Shown here: positions 25,617 to 38,618 of the stretch, piece by piece | Numbering within the stretch: the stretch's first letter is position 1 | Layout of the letters: each line of letters begins with the position of its first letter | Translations under genes and position numbers: made by a program | Origin: Coniocarpon cinnabarinum | Taxonomy: Eukaryota | Reading direction: 5' to 3' | NCBI GenBank assembly: GCA_051942205.1 | Contig: JAVECO010000019.1 | Location: 62,001-126,000, forward strand | DNA length: 64,000 bases | Notes under the pieces: generated by a model | The model's database searches: none | What the model was told of the DNA's origin: nothing | The model's input: the letters and a program-made list of their open reading frames with translations, nothing else

Positions 25617-26375
25617 TCAAACAAATCGCGCAGTGGAAGAGAAATCAAAAGTTTCAGGCGACCGCCAATGCCCTTTTTCATACTTCCATATCGTCAGACC
25701 CCGCGCCTCGCCTTCAGCACCACGAAAATCATCCTCAATCTCTTTCTTCGCTTTCTCTACGACCTCATCTTCCTCAACTTTGTTCATAACCGTGTAATGT
25801 CCTTGAAGTCCACCCCGGTCTTGCTGGCTCAACCACTCGACCCACTTCTTCCGCAACCCATCATGCAGCTCTTTCGCAGGCTTCGTTCCAACAACTGAGA
25901 CCGCGATTCCTCGCTTCAGCCGCTTCGTAGAGCCAGTTGAGAGCTTGAAGGGCTCTTGCGCAGCAGCTGCCTGCGAGAGGTCAGAGCGAATGCTGTCCAG
26001 CCTCGAGCCAGGCAAAGCATGAAAGAGCGTGATATGCGCAGGTGTCTTGTTTATCTTCGGTGGAAAGTATTTCTGCCGAAGAGCATTTGCAGCGTTGTGG
26101 ATTTCTGGAGAAGTGTGAAGAGTGAGGACGTAGCTCGAGCTCTCGTCTTGGCCGGTTTGAGGAAGATGAGCGGGATCGGGCTGGTATTTAGGACTCGAAG
26201 GGCGCGAAGCTGGGCCTGAAGTGTTGGAATGATCGTGGGTTGGTGGCCTTGGCTGTGGTTGTCCGTTGACGCGACTTTGCGGGGCATGGCTTCCTGCAGC
26301 TGCTGAAGCGCACGATGCAGACATTACTCTGGTCAGACGAGAGACACGAAGAGGGCGATGTTCAAGGTTCAGCAT
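25617..26375 (-). CDS. 2H-phosphoesterase / 2'-5' RNA ligase superfamily protein
   Basis: Two HxT motifs (PAHITLFHALP and GHYTVMNKV) at typical spacing. The start codon could be a downstream ATG. Confidence 0.8.
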   Translation of the reverse strand: MLNLEHRPLRVSRLTRVMSASCASAAAGSHAPQSRVNGQPQPRPPTHDHSNTSGPASRPSSPKYQPDPAHLPQTGQDESSSYVLTLHTSPEIHNAANALRQKYFPPKINKTPAHITLFHALPGSRLDSIRSDLSQAAAAQEPFKLSTGSTKRLKRGIAVSVVGTKPAKELHDGLRKKWVEWLSQQDRGGLQGHYTVMNKVEEDEVVEKAKKEIEDDFRGAEGEARGLTIWKYEKGHWRSPETFDFSSTARFV

Positions 26376-26648
26376 GCTGCGTGGGGGAAGCTATGAAATG
26401 CTTTTATTCATTAGGTTAACTGCAGACGTATGAGCTTTTAAGGGACAATGATCAAGCTTTCACTGCAGTGAAATGCCTCATGGCGGATTGAAAGAAGCAC
26501 AGAGGCACAGGTAGAACAATGATACGATGACTACGTGTGAAGAGAGCTCGTGGGTGTGCCATGGGATGCGCGTCATCGACGCGTCGGCACAACTTCGGCG
26601 ATACAAAAATTCACATGAGGCGAAGTATCCTCTCTTGGTGTGCATACT

Positions 26649-27787
26649 TCACGACATGCTCTTGAGCAGCTGTCTTGTTGAATCTTCCATGGAAGTCCAC
26701 CCATCCTGGCCAAGTCGTCTCAACAGCTCTACACTTCGCTTGGTTGGTGGGTAGGTGCTGAGGTCCTGGTCCTGATTCAGTGCTGGCGGGAAAGTACCTG
26801 CTCTTGATGGGTCGATCTTAGTCCAGGTATCTACCCACTTCTGATAGCTCCACGGTTCGGCAAATCCAAAAATACGCTCGTTGACAACATCACCATGGGT
26901 CAAACCTGCGACATGCAGTCTTGCGTCGTCTTTGACATCAATGAAGTACTGTGGCGTGAAGTTTCTCAATACCTCAATCAGCCTTTCGTTACCCTTATAC
27001 AAGCCCTCGACAGAAGCAACGCTTGAGGACTGCATAGGATGCAATTTCTCCCCGACGTTGAAATTGGGTAGCACCGCATTAAACTCGAACTGCGGCTTCT
27101 CTTCCTTCATGAATTTCCATGCGGCCTCTTCGCCTGCAACCTTTGATGCGCCGTATACTAATAACGTGCGATCGGACGTGTAAGGAGGGGGTGCCCAGGC
27201 GTGCTTGGGATCGTACTCGTTCCATGAGTCTCCGGTAACTTCAAACTCTGTATTGGGAGTTGGGTGAACCGCTGCTAGAGAAGAGGAGGTGAGTACAAAG
27301 CGTTTAATAGATGCATGAGCTTTTGCGCTGCGCATGATGCCCAGAGTGCCATTGACAACGTGTGGCACAGTTTCATTAGGGTCGGGACTTGGGAAAATAG
27401 AAGTCGCAACGTGTGCAACGCCGGCGCAACCTATCGCAGTGTAAATGTTCACAAATCATCCATATTTCGGCTGCAGTGCTTTGTCACCTTTCATGGCGGC
27501 GTCAAACGCCCCAGGTACAGCCATGTCAGGGACTACGCTCCATTCAAAGGTACCCTTGCCATTGCGTTTTTCGAGAATCTCCGCAATATGTCTGGCTTTG
27601 TCTTCACTTCGCGATGTCCCACGAACTTTGTAGCCAGCGATTATGAGCTGCTCTGCAACATGCGAGCCGATGTACTATAGACTTCGTAAGCATCTGAACG
27701 TGACTACGGTGGAGGCGAAAAGCTGACTCCGTTCGCTCCCGTCACAAGGATGAGGGAGCCCTTGGGTATCACTGTCTCATATGTCAT
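26649..27787 (-). CDS. NAD(P)-dependent aldehyde reductase (epimerase/dehydratase, extended SDR family)
   Basis: LILVTGANG/YIGSHVAEQL...YKVRGTSR, GVAHVAT, KRFVLTSSSLA, YGASK catalytic motif, FIDVKDDARLHV. One intron at about 27677-27727. Confidence 0.92.
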
Positions 27788-28382
27788 TTTGGAAATGTCT
27801 GTACGATTGTCTGGTGAAGGGGGAAAGTCTTGGTGAAAAGGCTTTTCAGCGCTGCCGCCTGGCGTATTCCTCCGAATGCGGAAATGATAGGACGTACTTG
27901 TTATGACATCAGTATTTCTTGAACTGATTCGAGGTCAATTCGTGTCGTGATTGATAAGCCAGCAGTCACCTCCATATTTATGCATAATTCTGATTAGTAG
28001 GGAGATTTGATGCAAGATGGGCATAAGAGATCCATTCTGTAATGGGATTGCGCGTATGGAAGAGATCCCTTGGATTTCAAAGAGGTGTTTTCGATTGCAT
28101 AAGCTGGAAACAGATATTATGTGACACGTCGTGTGCCAAAGGCTGCAAGCTGTACAATCTCTTGGCTCGTATCATTTGAAGAAACCATCATCGTATTCAA
28201 TCAACATTGCTGTCGCCATGCGCGATTTTGACGTAAGCGTCCATTCACGCGCCTACTCGTTATCGCGTTGCTATACTTGTTACCCGATTTTCTGCGAAGC
28301 CACACCCGCGCGATCTGTCGTATGCTATGCTGGTCCGCCGTTTTAAATCCAAGATGCCCATGCGCTCATGCGTGATGTCTTT

Positions 28383-28988
28383 TCATAGCAGAAATGCTCC
28401 ACTGACCAGGCCCAAAATCCACGCCGAGCAACAACACGTTATCGCGTAAAATGTGACACCGCGATGATCTCGTTGCCGCTCGCCCGAAGCTGCAAAGATG
28501 GTCTGACTCGCGCCAGCACTTGCTGATACGCCCAAGAAGCTAACCTGTCCCGATGTCTGAGCGTTTGTTGTTGAGGCGGCTCCGTTTTCTGTGTTGGTCC
28601 GAACAGACGTTTGAGTCGCCGCTTGTTGCGATACGATGCCAGTACAGGCAGCGCCAAAGGGACAGCAGCCGACCATGCCTTGTGCGTCAGGTAGGCATTG
28701 TGTGTTGGATGGACAGCATAGTGAGGGCATGCCAGGGCATTGATTGTATGAGGATGCGCATGGATTTGAGCCAGACTGAGGCTTTCGAGGTACGAGTGGA
28801 AACGATCGCAATTCCAAGGTATTGTCGAGAAGCTTGGTTGATGAGGGCGACGGCTGCGAAGTTTGAAGGCTGCTTGTTGCGGTTGCGTTGAGGGCCAGAA
28901 TGGCTGGATAGAAGGGCGCAAAGGTATCAGTAGATACCAAGGAGAGACAGCCGAAAAAGCAGCAGAGCAGAAAGATTGAGCGCAACAT
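28383..28988 (-). CDS. Putative secreted/GPI-anchored protein with a small Cys-rich module
   Basis: Hydrophobic N-terminal signal, CPGMPSLCCPSNTQC...GCCPFGAACTG module, Ser/Thr-rich stalk and hydrophobic C-terminus. Confidence 0.75.
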   Translation of the reverse strand: MLRSIFLLCCFFGCLSLVSTDTFAPFYPAILALNATATSSLQTSQPSPSSTKLLDNTLELRSFPLVPRKPQSGSNPCASSYNQCPGMPSLCCPSNTQCLPDAQGMVGCCPFGAACTGIVSQQAATQTSVRTNTENGAASTTNAQTSGQVSFLGVSASAGASQTIFAASGERQRDHRGVTFYAITCCCSAWILGLVSGAFLL

Positions 28989-29005
28989 ATTGGCCTGTCG
29001 AAGAG

Positions 29006-29022
29006 TCTCTCTCTCTCTCTCT
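29006..29022. repeat. (TC)n microsatellite
   Basis: tctctctctctctctct just upstream of the ATG at 28988 on the minus strand. Confidence 0.9.
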
Positions 29023-29486
29023 AAGCGGTTGTGGGTGGTCTTTCACGAAGAGGGTAGTGCTCAAGCTCGTGCGGGACTGGGAGGCACTCTATAAGGGTAG
29101 CAGTCTTGTTTAACAGTAAGATCGCACATGACTGCACGATCACTGTTCTTGGAGATTGCAATGCATAGGTATTCGCTTTGGACATGCATCGAACTATTGG
29201 CACACATCGAGGCCCGAGCTTGCTGGTGTTGCGATGGGCAACGCTTACGTAATCCATGACATCTTTCATGTGACAGGGAAAATGCTCCTTAGGGCGATCA
29301 CCACCTTAGCGACCGTCACCACGACCTAAAATTTCCTCGATGTCCGCTGTACAATCTGTGGGCCGCAGTATGGAATGGGTCATGATACTTGGCGTGGTGT
29401 GAGATGGCGAAGACTGCCACCTCCATCGCCACGACAAGCCTAGCCGAGTTTCTTTGGGAGAACCGGTCGGATCTGGCTGCTGCGGA

Positions 29487-31065
29487 ATGAGAGCCGGCTG
29501 CGATGCGTTTGATGCTTCTGGCTGTTTCGGCAAAGCCTTATTGTTTCCAACACAAATCAGCCATGTAAGACTTTTCCCAAAGGTGCATCGACTCGCGTAT
29601 TTAAACTTGTTCGTGGGTGTGCCTATCGAACCGAGAGCAAACAATGTAGGTCTACTTTCAGTGGACTCAAAGAAGCGAGCGTGGTTTTCAATCGAAGGCG
29701 GGGATCATTTGGAGCGAGGCAAGAGAACGCTCGATGAGAAAGTAAACGATTACTTACTCTCTGTTGTGAGTCCTGGGCCCAGAATTCGTGGCAAGCAAAA
29801 CGCGAACGTCCCAGTACTGATCGGATCAGGGACACTCGCGCGCCGACTTTCCCCATGTATACCTGATATGCGCCCCCCGATTTCTGGGGTATCAATTCAA
29901 CCCGGCGTCATTCTGGTACTTCTATGACGAAACACGACGTCTCAAGGCGATGCTTGTCGAGGTCAACAACACGTTTGGCGAGAGAAGACTTTATTGGTGT
30001 CCAAGCACGTTGCAAAAGCCTGACAACATTATCGGAGCTGGACTACGCCACACCTGGCAGAAAGATTTTCATGTCTCACCCTTCAACTCTCGCAAAGGAG
30101 GCTACGCGATGCGTGCCCTTGACCCTTTCAAAGTTGACAGAGATGATTATCACATGATTGATAATCGTATCACACTGCTGTCAAATCATGGGAAAGCTAA
30201 ACTAGTCGCCCGCGTTCTGTCAGCTGACAAACCTTTAGACCCTTCAATGCTGTCTACATGGGGTTCATTGAAGATCTTGGCTCGCTGGGGCTGGGTAGGC
30301 TTTGCGACCTTCCCAAGGATCGTCTTCGAGGCTGCCCAACTGTATTTCGTTCACAAGCTGCACGTCTGGTTTAGGCCCGAGGTCAGAGCTTCCTCTATCT
30401 CTCAGACACCTACTCGGGATGAGCGGAGGCTGGAGAGCTTCTTCAGGCTATATCTAGCGGATGTTGCGAAAACTTTACCTGCTAGCGTCGAACTGAAATA
30501 TGCTGCTCCTTTCACCCCCACAAAGGGGCCAATGGCAGCAGAATGGGCCTCTATGCACAGTTCACATGAGCGCCAGATTGAGGACACGATCTTTATCAGG
30601 GTGACTGCGCCTGCATTCTACTCTCGCATGATCTATTACGATGAGATGATACAGGCACTGTACAGCGAGGGTGTTCGATGCCGCGACGAGAATCGAACTG
30701 TGCACTTGGAGAACTCGAAAATGCTTCAAAGTGTTTTGTGGAAACACAAAACGACCGTGAATGTCCCTCTCAGAACTCCGGTAAAGGCACTCTCAGTCTT
30801 TCGCCCCAACCCGCCTCCACCAAGCTATCCTGAGTCAAGCGAAAAGCTTTCACCCTCGGAAAGAGCAGAGGCTGATTGCAGCCTGCATTCGGCTGAGCTA
30901 GATACTTGTGTCCTCGCTTGGTGTTCACGCAAGGAACGACTCATTTACATTTTCATTCTACTGAAAAGGTTCATGCTCACAAGAATTCTGGAACAAACGA
31001 GGATAATTTTTGCCGTTATTACACTCACAGTCTTAGGCATTTACTACGCTAATAGAATTTCTTGA
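29487..31065 (+). CDS. DUF1365-family protein (start uncertain)
   Basis: ISHVRLFPKVH, PRFLGYQFNPASFWYFY, MLVEVNNTFGERRLY, KDFHVSPFNSRKG and TFPRIVFEAAQLY. One intron at about 29766-29829. Confidence 0.85.
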
Positions 31066-31435
31066 AGTAGGGTTGAATGAAGCCGTCCCACTGTTTACCA
31101 TCTACGCTTACGCTTCGTCAACAGCTCTCTGCTTACGGCTGACTTCTCCACTTTCTAGCTTCAAAACTCCTCAGAATCATGCGCTTGGAAACAAACTGCT
31201 TTCGTTTCACTGTGCAACGGAGGCCTGCTACAGCCCAGGGCGTTGAGGCAATATCACCTACCGGAACCCATTCCTTAGAAGCCGAGGGACCGCACTAGAC
31301 CATTAAAGGCTAGTACATAGTGGTAGCGTCTTTTTCTTTACGAAGCCCAGCCGAAAAGTCCGACGTGGTTCTTCTGTAGCCACGGCTGACATCGGATGCA
31401 AATGAAAGTAGGTAGCCTTGATACCAATTCAAGTC

Positions 31436-32857
31436 ATGGCCACTATAGAAGAGCAGAGGAGCATTGTTACTTCATTTAGGGATGAATTTCGTAAAAGACC
31501 TCACTTTTCCGTTTCCCAGACCCAGGCACTTTTCCCTAGGTCAGCCCCAGTAAGAGGTCCAGTATGGATATCACAAGATATCATACACGTCAGCGAACAA
31601 AGTGGTGTGCGAGACGTTGTGTTTGATATCATCGACTTTGCCAAAACCGAGCGTATTGTCCTTCCTCATCTATCTGAAGTAGAAGCACGTGACGCTCATG
31701 TTGAATGGGTAGGCCACAGGCAGGGCGCAGGAGCGGATGCACGGCAGCCCAAGGATTTAGCAGATGCAACCATCTTCAAAATGCTTCAGGCGGACGTCAA
31801 GCACAGCGTTACCATGTTGTTCGCTCACGGTGGAGCTTTCTAGTATGTGTCTACCGCTGTTCCAAGGGCCAGTGTTTCTGTAGCTAAACCTCGTGTCAGT
31901 GGTATGAACCCGGTCACTGCTCGCCCTGCGACCGCCAGACTTGCTCGTCTTACCAAGGGTCGGGTTGTCACTGTTGACTACCGCTTATCTCCTCAAGTAC
32001 AGTTCCCTGCTGCCTTGCTTGACCTCCTACTCACATACTTGGCACTCCTTTATCCACCCCCTGGCTCGCTTCACACTTCAGTACCTTCTTCCAGCATCGT
32101 CCTGACCGGCGAGTCATCTGGCGGTGCTCTTTGCCTTTCGCTAATCCAGTTCATACTGCACCTCCGCCGTCAACAGCAAACACCTTATCCGCGAGTGCCC
32201 TTCCATGGCCGTGACGTCGTGGTCTCGATGCCGGCTGGCGTGGCGCTGCTCTCGACCGAAGCCGACAGGACCATAAGTCTGCCCTCTCGTGACGCATACG
32301 AACATATCGACTTCTTGCAAGAGATCCCCCATGCCAACACGCCAGAGCAAATACCAGATCACATTTGGCCTTCGAACCCACCTCGGCATGACGTTTACTG
32401 CCATGGGTCTGGTTATCTACATCCCATGGTAAATCCGGCTATAGCTGAGGATTGGCGGGGATGCTGCCCGCTCTGGCTTTCGTATGGACAGGAACGGTGC
32501 CTTGATGGTGGTAAGATGGTCGCATCTACTGCTGCTAGTCAAGGCGTGCCGGTGCAATTTTTTGAATACGAAGGAATGCCCCACATATTCCCTTTGATGT
32601 TCTCGCGTTTCAAACAGAGCGAGATGTGCATGAGGGAGTGGGCGGATGTTTGTTGTAAGATGGCTGAAGCAAGCGAGTTCCAAAGTAAGGCTATCGTTAT
32701 TGCCAGCTCTAAGGTTCCTGGTGACAGTGTGAGCGAGTTGCGCTTGAGTGACTTGTTTCAATTGAGCAGAGAGGAGGCAATGGCAATCATTAGAGCAGAG
32801 GCGGACAGAAGGCCTCTCATTACGCGCAAAGATAAAATGGCGCGCGCAGGTTTATGA
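31436..32857 (+). CDS. Alpha/beta hydrolase (HSL-type lipase/esterase)
   Basis: HGGAFY oxyanion motif across an intron (about 31843-31899), VDYRLSPQVQFPAALLD, GESSGG nucleophile motif and YEGMPHIF. Confidence 0.9.
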
Positions 32858-35800
32858 GAATCTTAATGCGAGGAGTTGAATCGCAGAAGACCATCAACCC
32901 CCAGCAAAGACAGAAGGTCAAGGCCTTTGCCATGATATCAACTCTACACAATTGGGTATAGCCCGGGGAGCGAGGTTGCTTGTCACTGGATGCCTTCATG
33001 GTCATGATGTATGCGCAAGATTGCTTACCTAACAAGATAGTGTCATAATATCCGACCCGATGCTTTTATTGCTGACATGACTTGGATATACCCTTTAAAG
33101 CCAGATCAGAGCACATCGAAGTCTGTATCTAGTTGCTTACCGCTTTTCGCCTTGCTCCTTCAAACGCTAAGAAATATTCTAACGGGCAGAACTCTTCACG
33201 CGCCATTACAGTGAGGGGCAGTTTTGCGACCACAAATGTCACAGCAACGCTTCTTTCAATGCTTTCAAAGTTTTCCGTGTCAGTTGAATGACAATGAAGA
33301 TCATCGGCGGTATGCTTGAACACTGACCATGCTCTAGCTTCCTTTGATATCATCAAAAGTCAGGGCGCAGCTGCTTGGGACTTGTGAATCTCTTTACTTC
33401 CTCTTCTCTTTCCTTAATGAATGGCCAAATTGTATTAGCCGCTTTGACATAGGCTTCTTTGCGCTTTCAGAATTATATATGCAAACAGGTATGCAGTGTT
33501 TGCTTGCGTATTATGATATTCTCTGCAATGCAACCTGATTGCCTGAGCGCTATGCACATTTCCAATAACTTCGAACAAAAGCATGAAACAAAACTTTCAA
33601 GCGGTGAAGGGGCCATGAATGGGAAAAGAGGTGCATGCTCGAGGTGTATTTCAACAAGTACAAGCACTCTCCGTGATTATATGCATCATTGTTGCGGGTG
33701 AGTGGAGAACGCTGAAGTTGATGAGTGACATTTCAAGTAGCCGAGGACCGAGCAAAATATAGGGAAGCATGACCCTCGGCCCCTAGCCCTCCTTGACCGC
33801 ACGTTTCAGATCCTATGATGTATTTGCGAAGTTGTAAAGCGCGATTCGTGGCGCATAATCATTAAAGCCGCATATACACTTTCGTGAATCCATCGTACAA
33901 TGAGATCATTCGAGCAGGAGTGAACCAATAATGTCACCAGAAAATCGGCCACAGAATGAAGAATCTCAATAAAGTCCTGGATTTTTAACAAAAAAGTGAT
34001 ATCTGCGCTGTAGCTTCTACGCTACGATCTTTGATACTAGCCTCTGCTCCCCACAAATGTCACACGTGATCTGATAATCGAACACTATTTCTGATCTTCG
34101 TGGAGGCCACATGAAGCGCGCCTTCATGAAAAGAAGACAAGATGTCTTCGCAATCAGTCGATGCCACTAAGACACCAAGGGGACTCGGTAGCATTCCATC
34201 GCAGAGGCAATACTTGCGTCGAAGAGTCGCTGATGGTATGCGTCATCGTCTCATTGGCTGTAAAGCTACGGCTTCACGTTGTCAGACTCCGCGACAACAA
34301 TCTAAGCTTTCGATACTGATCAAAGTCCCCTCCTGTTCTCGTGTTTAGCACAAATGCTCAGTTTCCCCACTAACTTGCTGATGATGCTATGGGAAATGAG
34401 CAAATGTATAATGCTGCGTCTTAACTTTGCAGTATTCACGTCCTAATAATTCATATGGAACTTTAGTCTTTGCTGCTCGTTGCGGTAAGCGATAAGCGAT
34501 TTGCGATACGCGCATCGCATCGACCGAGCAACTAGGGGCTTTAGTGTCAGCATGATTAGAGCCAGTGTAGCGCAAAGCTCTTCTCAAAGTCATCAATTTT
34601 TCCATGGCTGTCGAACGATTAATGATGATGCTCAACATCACAGCTCCAAGCATGTCAAAGACGTTGGAAATCGGAACAGACATTCTTTTGGAAGATTCAT
34701 GCACTGAGACCCCCAGGAAATCATGTCATCCCCTGTTCACCATCTTTATCCTGTGTATATCTCCCGTCTTCGAAGTTGGTTCGAGGCACGCGAGTATTAA
34801 AGTCGCGAGTTGATTCATCTTTATAGCCTTCGACATTGGAATGAATGATCCACGTGAAAATCTTACTCAAATACAATAGAGTTCTATCGAAACAAAGCTA
34901 CATAGATCAACAGCATCAGCCAGACATATGAATTCTCGACCCAGGTACAGGGGATTAAGCTTGCAGACGCGCTGCCATAACACCCGCATATTTCTACCAG
35001 CACCTCCACTCTAAATTTCGAAACTCTGATGGGCGCTTCAAACGATGATAATCTTCGGTATCAGTAACATCTTGATTGGAGATCAAAGCAAGTTGCACTG
35101 AAAACGTTGCGAAAGAAGCAGATGGAGTGATAGTACTTAGGCGCGCCCCTGACGTCGTATCTTGATTGCGGCAACTTTCGTTGATTACTTGTGGCCTAGC
35201 AACAAAGTGCAAGGCAGCTCTCCAATGTATAGGACATCATAGTCACGTATCGAGTCTCGACTAGAACTCATGGCACCGGTTCAGCTTGCGTGTACAGCTC
35301 GTGGTTGAATAGCTCACTAAAAAATGTTAATGTATCTTATCAGTAAGTAAAAGCTGTTCAGACTGCCACGATAAGCATAACCAGCCCTTTTCCTCAGAGC
35401 CTGTCAATATAAATTCTTCAAGAATCTGTCATCTTGCAATTTCCTCAAATCTGGAGCTATAGGCAATCCGGACGTGGACCGGTTGCGTAGGGGTCTCTTG
35501 CCTCGCTTTCTGAGCTTCGCTCAGTTTTCTAGTCAAGCTCTGTTGTGCTGTCAAATCTTTGAAAGATGCTACTCACCATCACCATAGAGTGCATGATCTG
35601 CATCGCCATTCCTTCGACATACATTCCGCAATTTGTGCAAATTTCCGGGTTTGCGCTTCCATGACAAGGCTTGAGGCCCCCGGCAAGGTTCGTTCCCATC
35701 AGAGTCTGTAATATTCTTTGTCTTACCACTTGTTTTGCATCCCTGCGCTTCGTCTTCTTATATTTCCAAGTCTGCATCTCACGTGATTGTATCGTGATTC

Positions 35801-36462
35801 GCTAAGTCTCGCATTACGATTTTAAGTGGTCCGACAATTTGCTATTGCATGTTCTGTCGAGCATACAGCTAACGAATTCGAGACTTCGTGATACTCAATC
35901 CTTAGGGGGTTTGGCTATCAAACATACGTCAAAGAAAGCCAAGCTCTAGATGGCACATACGACCATTCCCGTGCATGAATAGGTGATGATCAGCATCATC
36001 GAGGCCGAGTGTCAAGCCTTTGTCATGTCGCAATCCTCAGTGTTATCAAACTGTCCAGCATTTTTTATCTGTAAAAGAGTCGCATTACCCCCTCTTTGTG
36101 GGCAACGTCAACCGTATTGCTACGCTTCTGCTCGGCGCTGTTATGGTTTTCGACATGCATGTGAGTGCTGTAGCATTATATGACCTTCAAGTTCCCCAAA
36201 AAATGTGACACGTGTTCACATCATGACTCAACATCAATTATGCTTTTTCCAGCTCCGAAGCATGGAGCACAACATTCTTCGTCTACCGAAAAGCTCCCAA
36301 CGGAGACGCAACAGTTGCACAGGGGCTAATAAATGATAGGCGCTATATCAGTGTACGTCATTGGATCCATGTGCAGATATCGCATACTGCAATGACGTTT
36401 AGCATCGTACAGAGAGCCCGAGATGTAACCGGACGTCAAGCACATGAAAGCTTTTTGGGCCC

Positions 36463-38618
36463 TCACTTGAGAATGTAGCACGCAGCATCTTCACAAATGT
36501 ACGGTTTGCCCGTTTCTCGCTCTCGCGCCAATGCCTTTGCGCACTTCTGCACACCCAAAGTGACCAGGTGACCTGGCCCTTCTTCAGAGAAGTCCGGATG
36601 CTGGAGCTTCACCGGCGGCGTAGTGTTAATGATCATGCCGAGATCGTCATTCGGGTGCAACCGCTCGCAGATTGAGCACTGCTTCATCATTGGACCGTGG
36701 TGTGAACATCCGCCTTGAGAGCCAAGAAGTTGAGTAAGAGCATCGGAGCTCTTGCGAGTCAACTGTAGGCCGGCTGGAGCTTCCTCATCAATTTTTGGTG
36801 GATTTGGATTTGTCAGATCAAGATAAATCACTCTCTGTCTGCGGGGAACCGACTGAGCTTTGACTATCCGCCAAACGCGCCGTTCTGATTTGTTGAAATT
36901 CATTTCCAAAGCTCGCAGCATCGAATTCGAGCAAGTGATCCACGAGCCATCTTCGGCAACGATGACATCTGTTCGAACTTCAAAACCACACTTCTCAGAA
37001 GCTTCCCGCAGTAGTCTCTTGAATCCTTCTCCTAATCTTTCGCCGGCTTGGGACAAGATTTGGTATCCTCTAAACGTGTGCGCCAATCCAGAGTCGAAAT
37101 TTTCTAGTCGAATAAAAGCAGAAAGTAATTCACGCATAGGTGGTTTGTCACCGATCTGTAAGAGACTACAAGCTTGTCAGCGCTTATGATTTTATTTTGA
37201 CGTTCAGGGCGCCTACGAGCTCTCGGATCCACTGCTTGCATCTGAGGGAGTCAGATTGGTCACTGTACGGCAGAGACGGACTCTTTTGAACTGATCTGGA
37301 CTGTCCACCTCGATGGAGTCCAAGACTGGGATTCTCGGACGTGGTCCAGGTTGAAGCTCATTGAGTCTCGTCGAAGGGGTCTGCTCAATAAAATCATCCA
37401 GCTCGTCGCTTTTCAAGACTCGCTCAACGCGTGTAAAATACAAATCGCATTTACTACTATACAGCCAACATCAGTACGTATCGGTAGGCAGGTGCAAACT
37501 TTGCTCACCAATGACGCTCCTCGACACACACTTGGCACCTACTTCCACAGCTGGGACACTCCTTCTGTCGATACCCTGACGGTGCTCGTGCATCGAACAT
37601 CATGTCCATGAGCAATTGTTGACCGGGCACAAGGGAGCCCTCAAAGGCTTGCGAGCGGTCGAGGTCTCGATGATTGCTGCCATTTAGCAGGGCAAATTCC
37701 TTATTGACGATCTTACGATGGCCAGGAAGATTGCGGAAGCGTACTTCTAGGACTGCATCAAATGCTTCCCAAGAATTGATTAATTGGAGGTTAACAGGCA
37801 AGCGCCGGCCAAGTGGATCGATCAAGGTCACGGAAGAGCCAAAGAGAATAGTCTGAGACCGGAGCCACAAGACGTTCTCGTTTATTGAGAGCACAGTAGT
37901 GTATATTCGTAGAGCAGTTGAGTGCACGTGAGACATCATAGACAGAAGGCGAAACCCTTTTTTTTCGCAGCCAAGAGACTTGCGACACGGCTGTTGAGCC
38001 CCTTGCTGCCTGACGAATCTTGGCCAAAGTCTCCGTTATACGACGATCATTCTGTACTTTCATGAGACGCTCCTTTCTGGCATTAAAGGCAATTTGTCGT
38101 TGCGTTGTGCAATTCTGATGACTGATGGCTGCGCTGTATCGTGTCAGTATCAGCATGCGTATTCAGTCTCAAAGAACTCACTAGTTCCACATAATCAGGA
38201 GCATGTTCATTGACTGAACATGTGAGTCAACATTTGCACGGAATGCATCTACTTCATCCTTCCTGAGCATCTGCCACTTGATTTTGTGAACGGCGTCCTT
38301 GAACGGATTGCCTGAGCCGCTGGATCCCAGGAACTTTTGGTACTTCTCAACACGAGCATGGAAAGACTCTATCGTTGCTCGACAAGCACTTGTTCTTTTC
38401 GACACTTCGTCAGTAAGCTTGTCGAGCTCTGTCGATGCTTGTTGCTTGGTGATTTGATAGTCAACTTGGAGGAGCAGTCGCTCTAGGAGATCGAGTTGAT
38501 CAATCACCTGCTGGAACGAATGAGCTGAGCCTTGACAGCTGTTGAGAGCAGAGACGAGATTCTTTATCAGCAGACAGACAGAGATGATGTCGCCGACAGA
38601 GCCAAACGTCACAGGCAT
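36463..38618 (-). CDS. Fungal STAND N-terminal (HeLo/SesA-like) domain plus ubiquitin-like domain protein; frameshifted as given
   Basis: MPVTFGSVGDIISVCLLIKNLVSAL...KIKWQM is typical of fungal NLR N-terminal domains. VTLIDPLGRRLPV...SWEAFDAVLEVRF...PGHRKI...PGQ is a ubiquitin-like domain, followed by CPSC...CSKC and FKRVRL. Three introns and a +1 shift in the T8 run at 37958-37965. Confidence 0.75.

Noticed and set aside
35955..36050. ACATACGACCAT resembles the 5' end of ascomycete 5S rRNA
   Set aside because: Similarity ends after about 16 nt and the internal conserved 5S boxes and ~118-nt structure are not evident.
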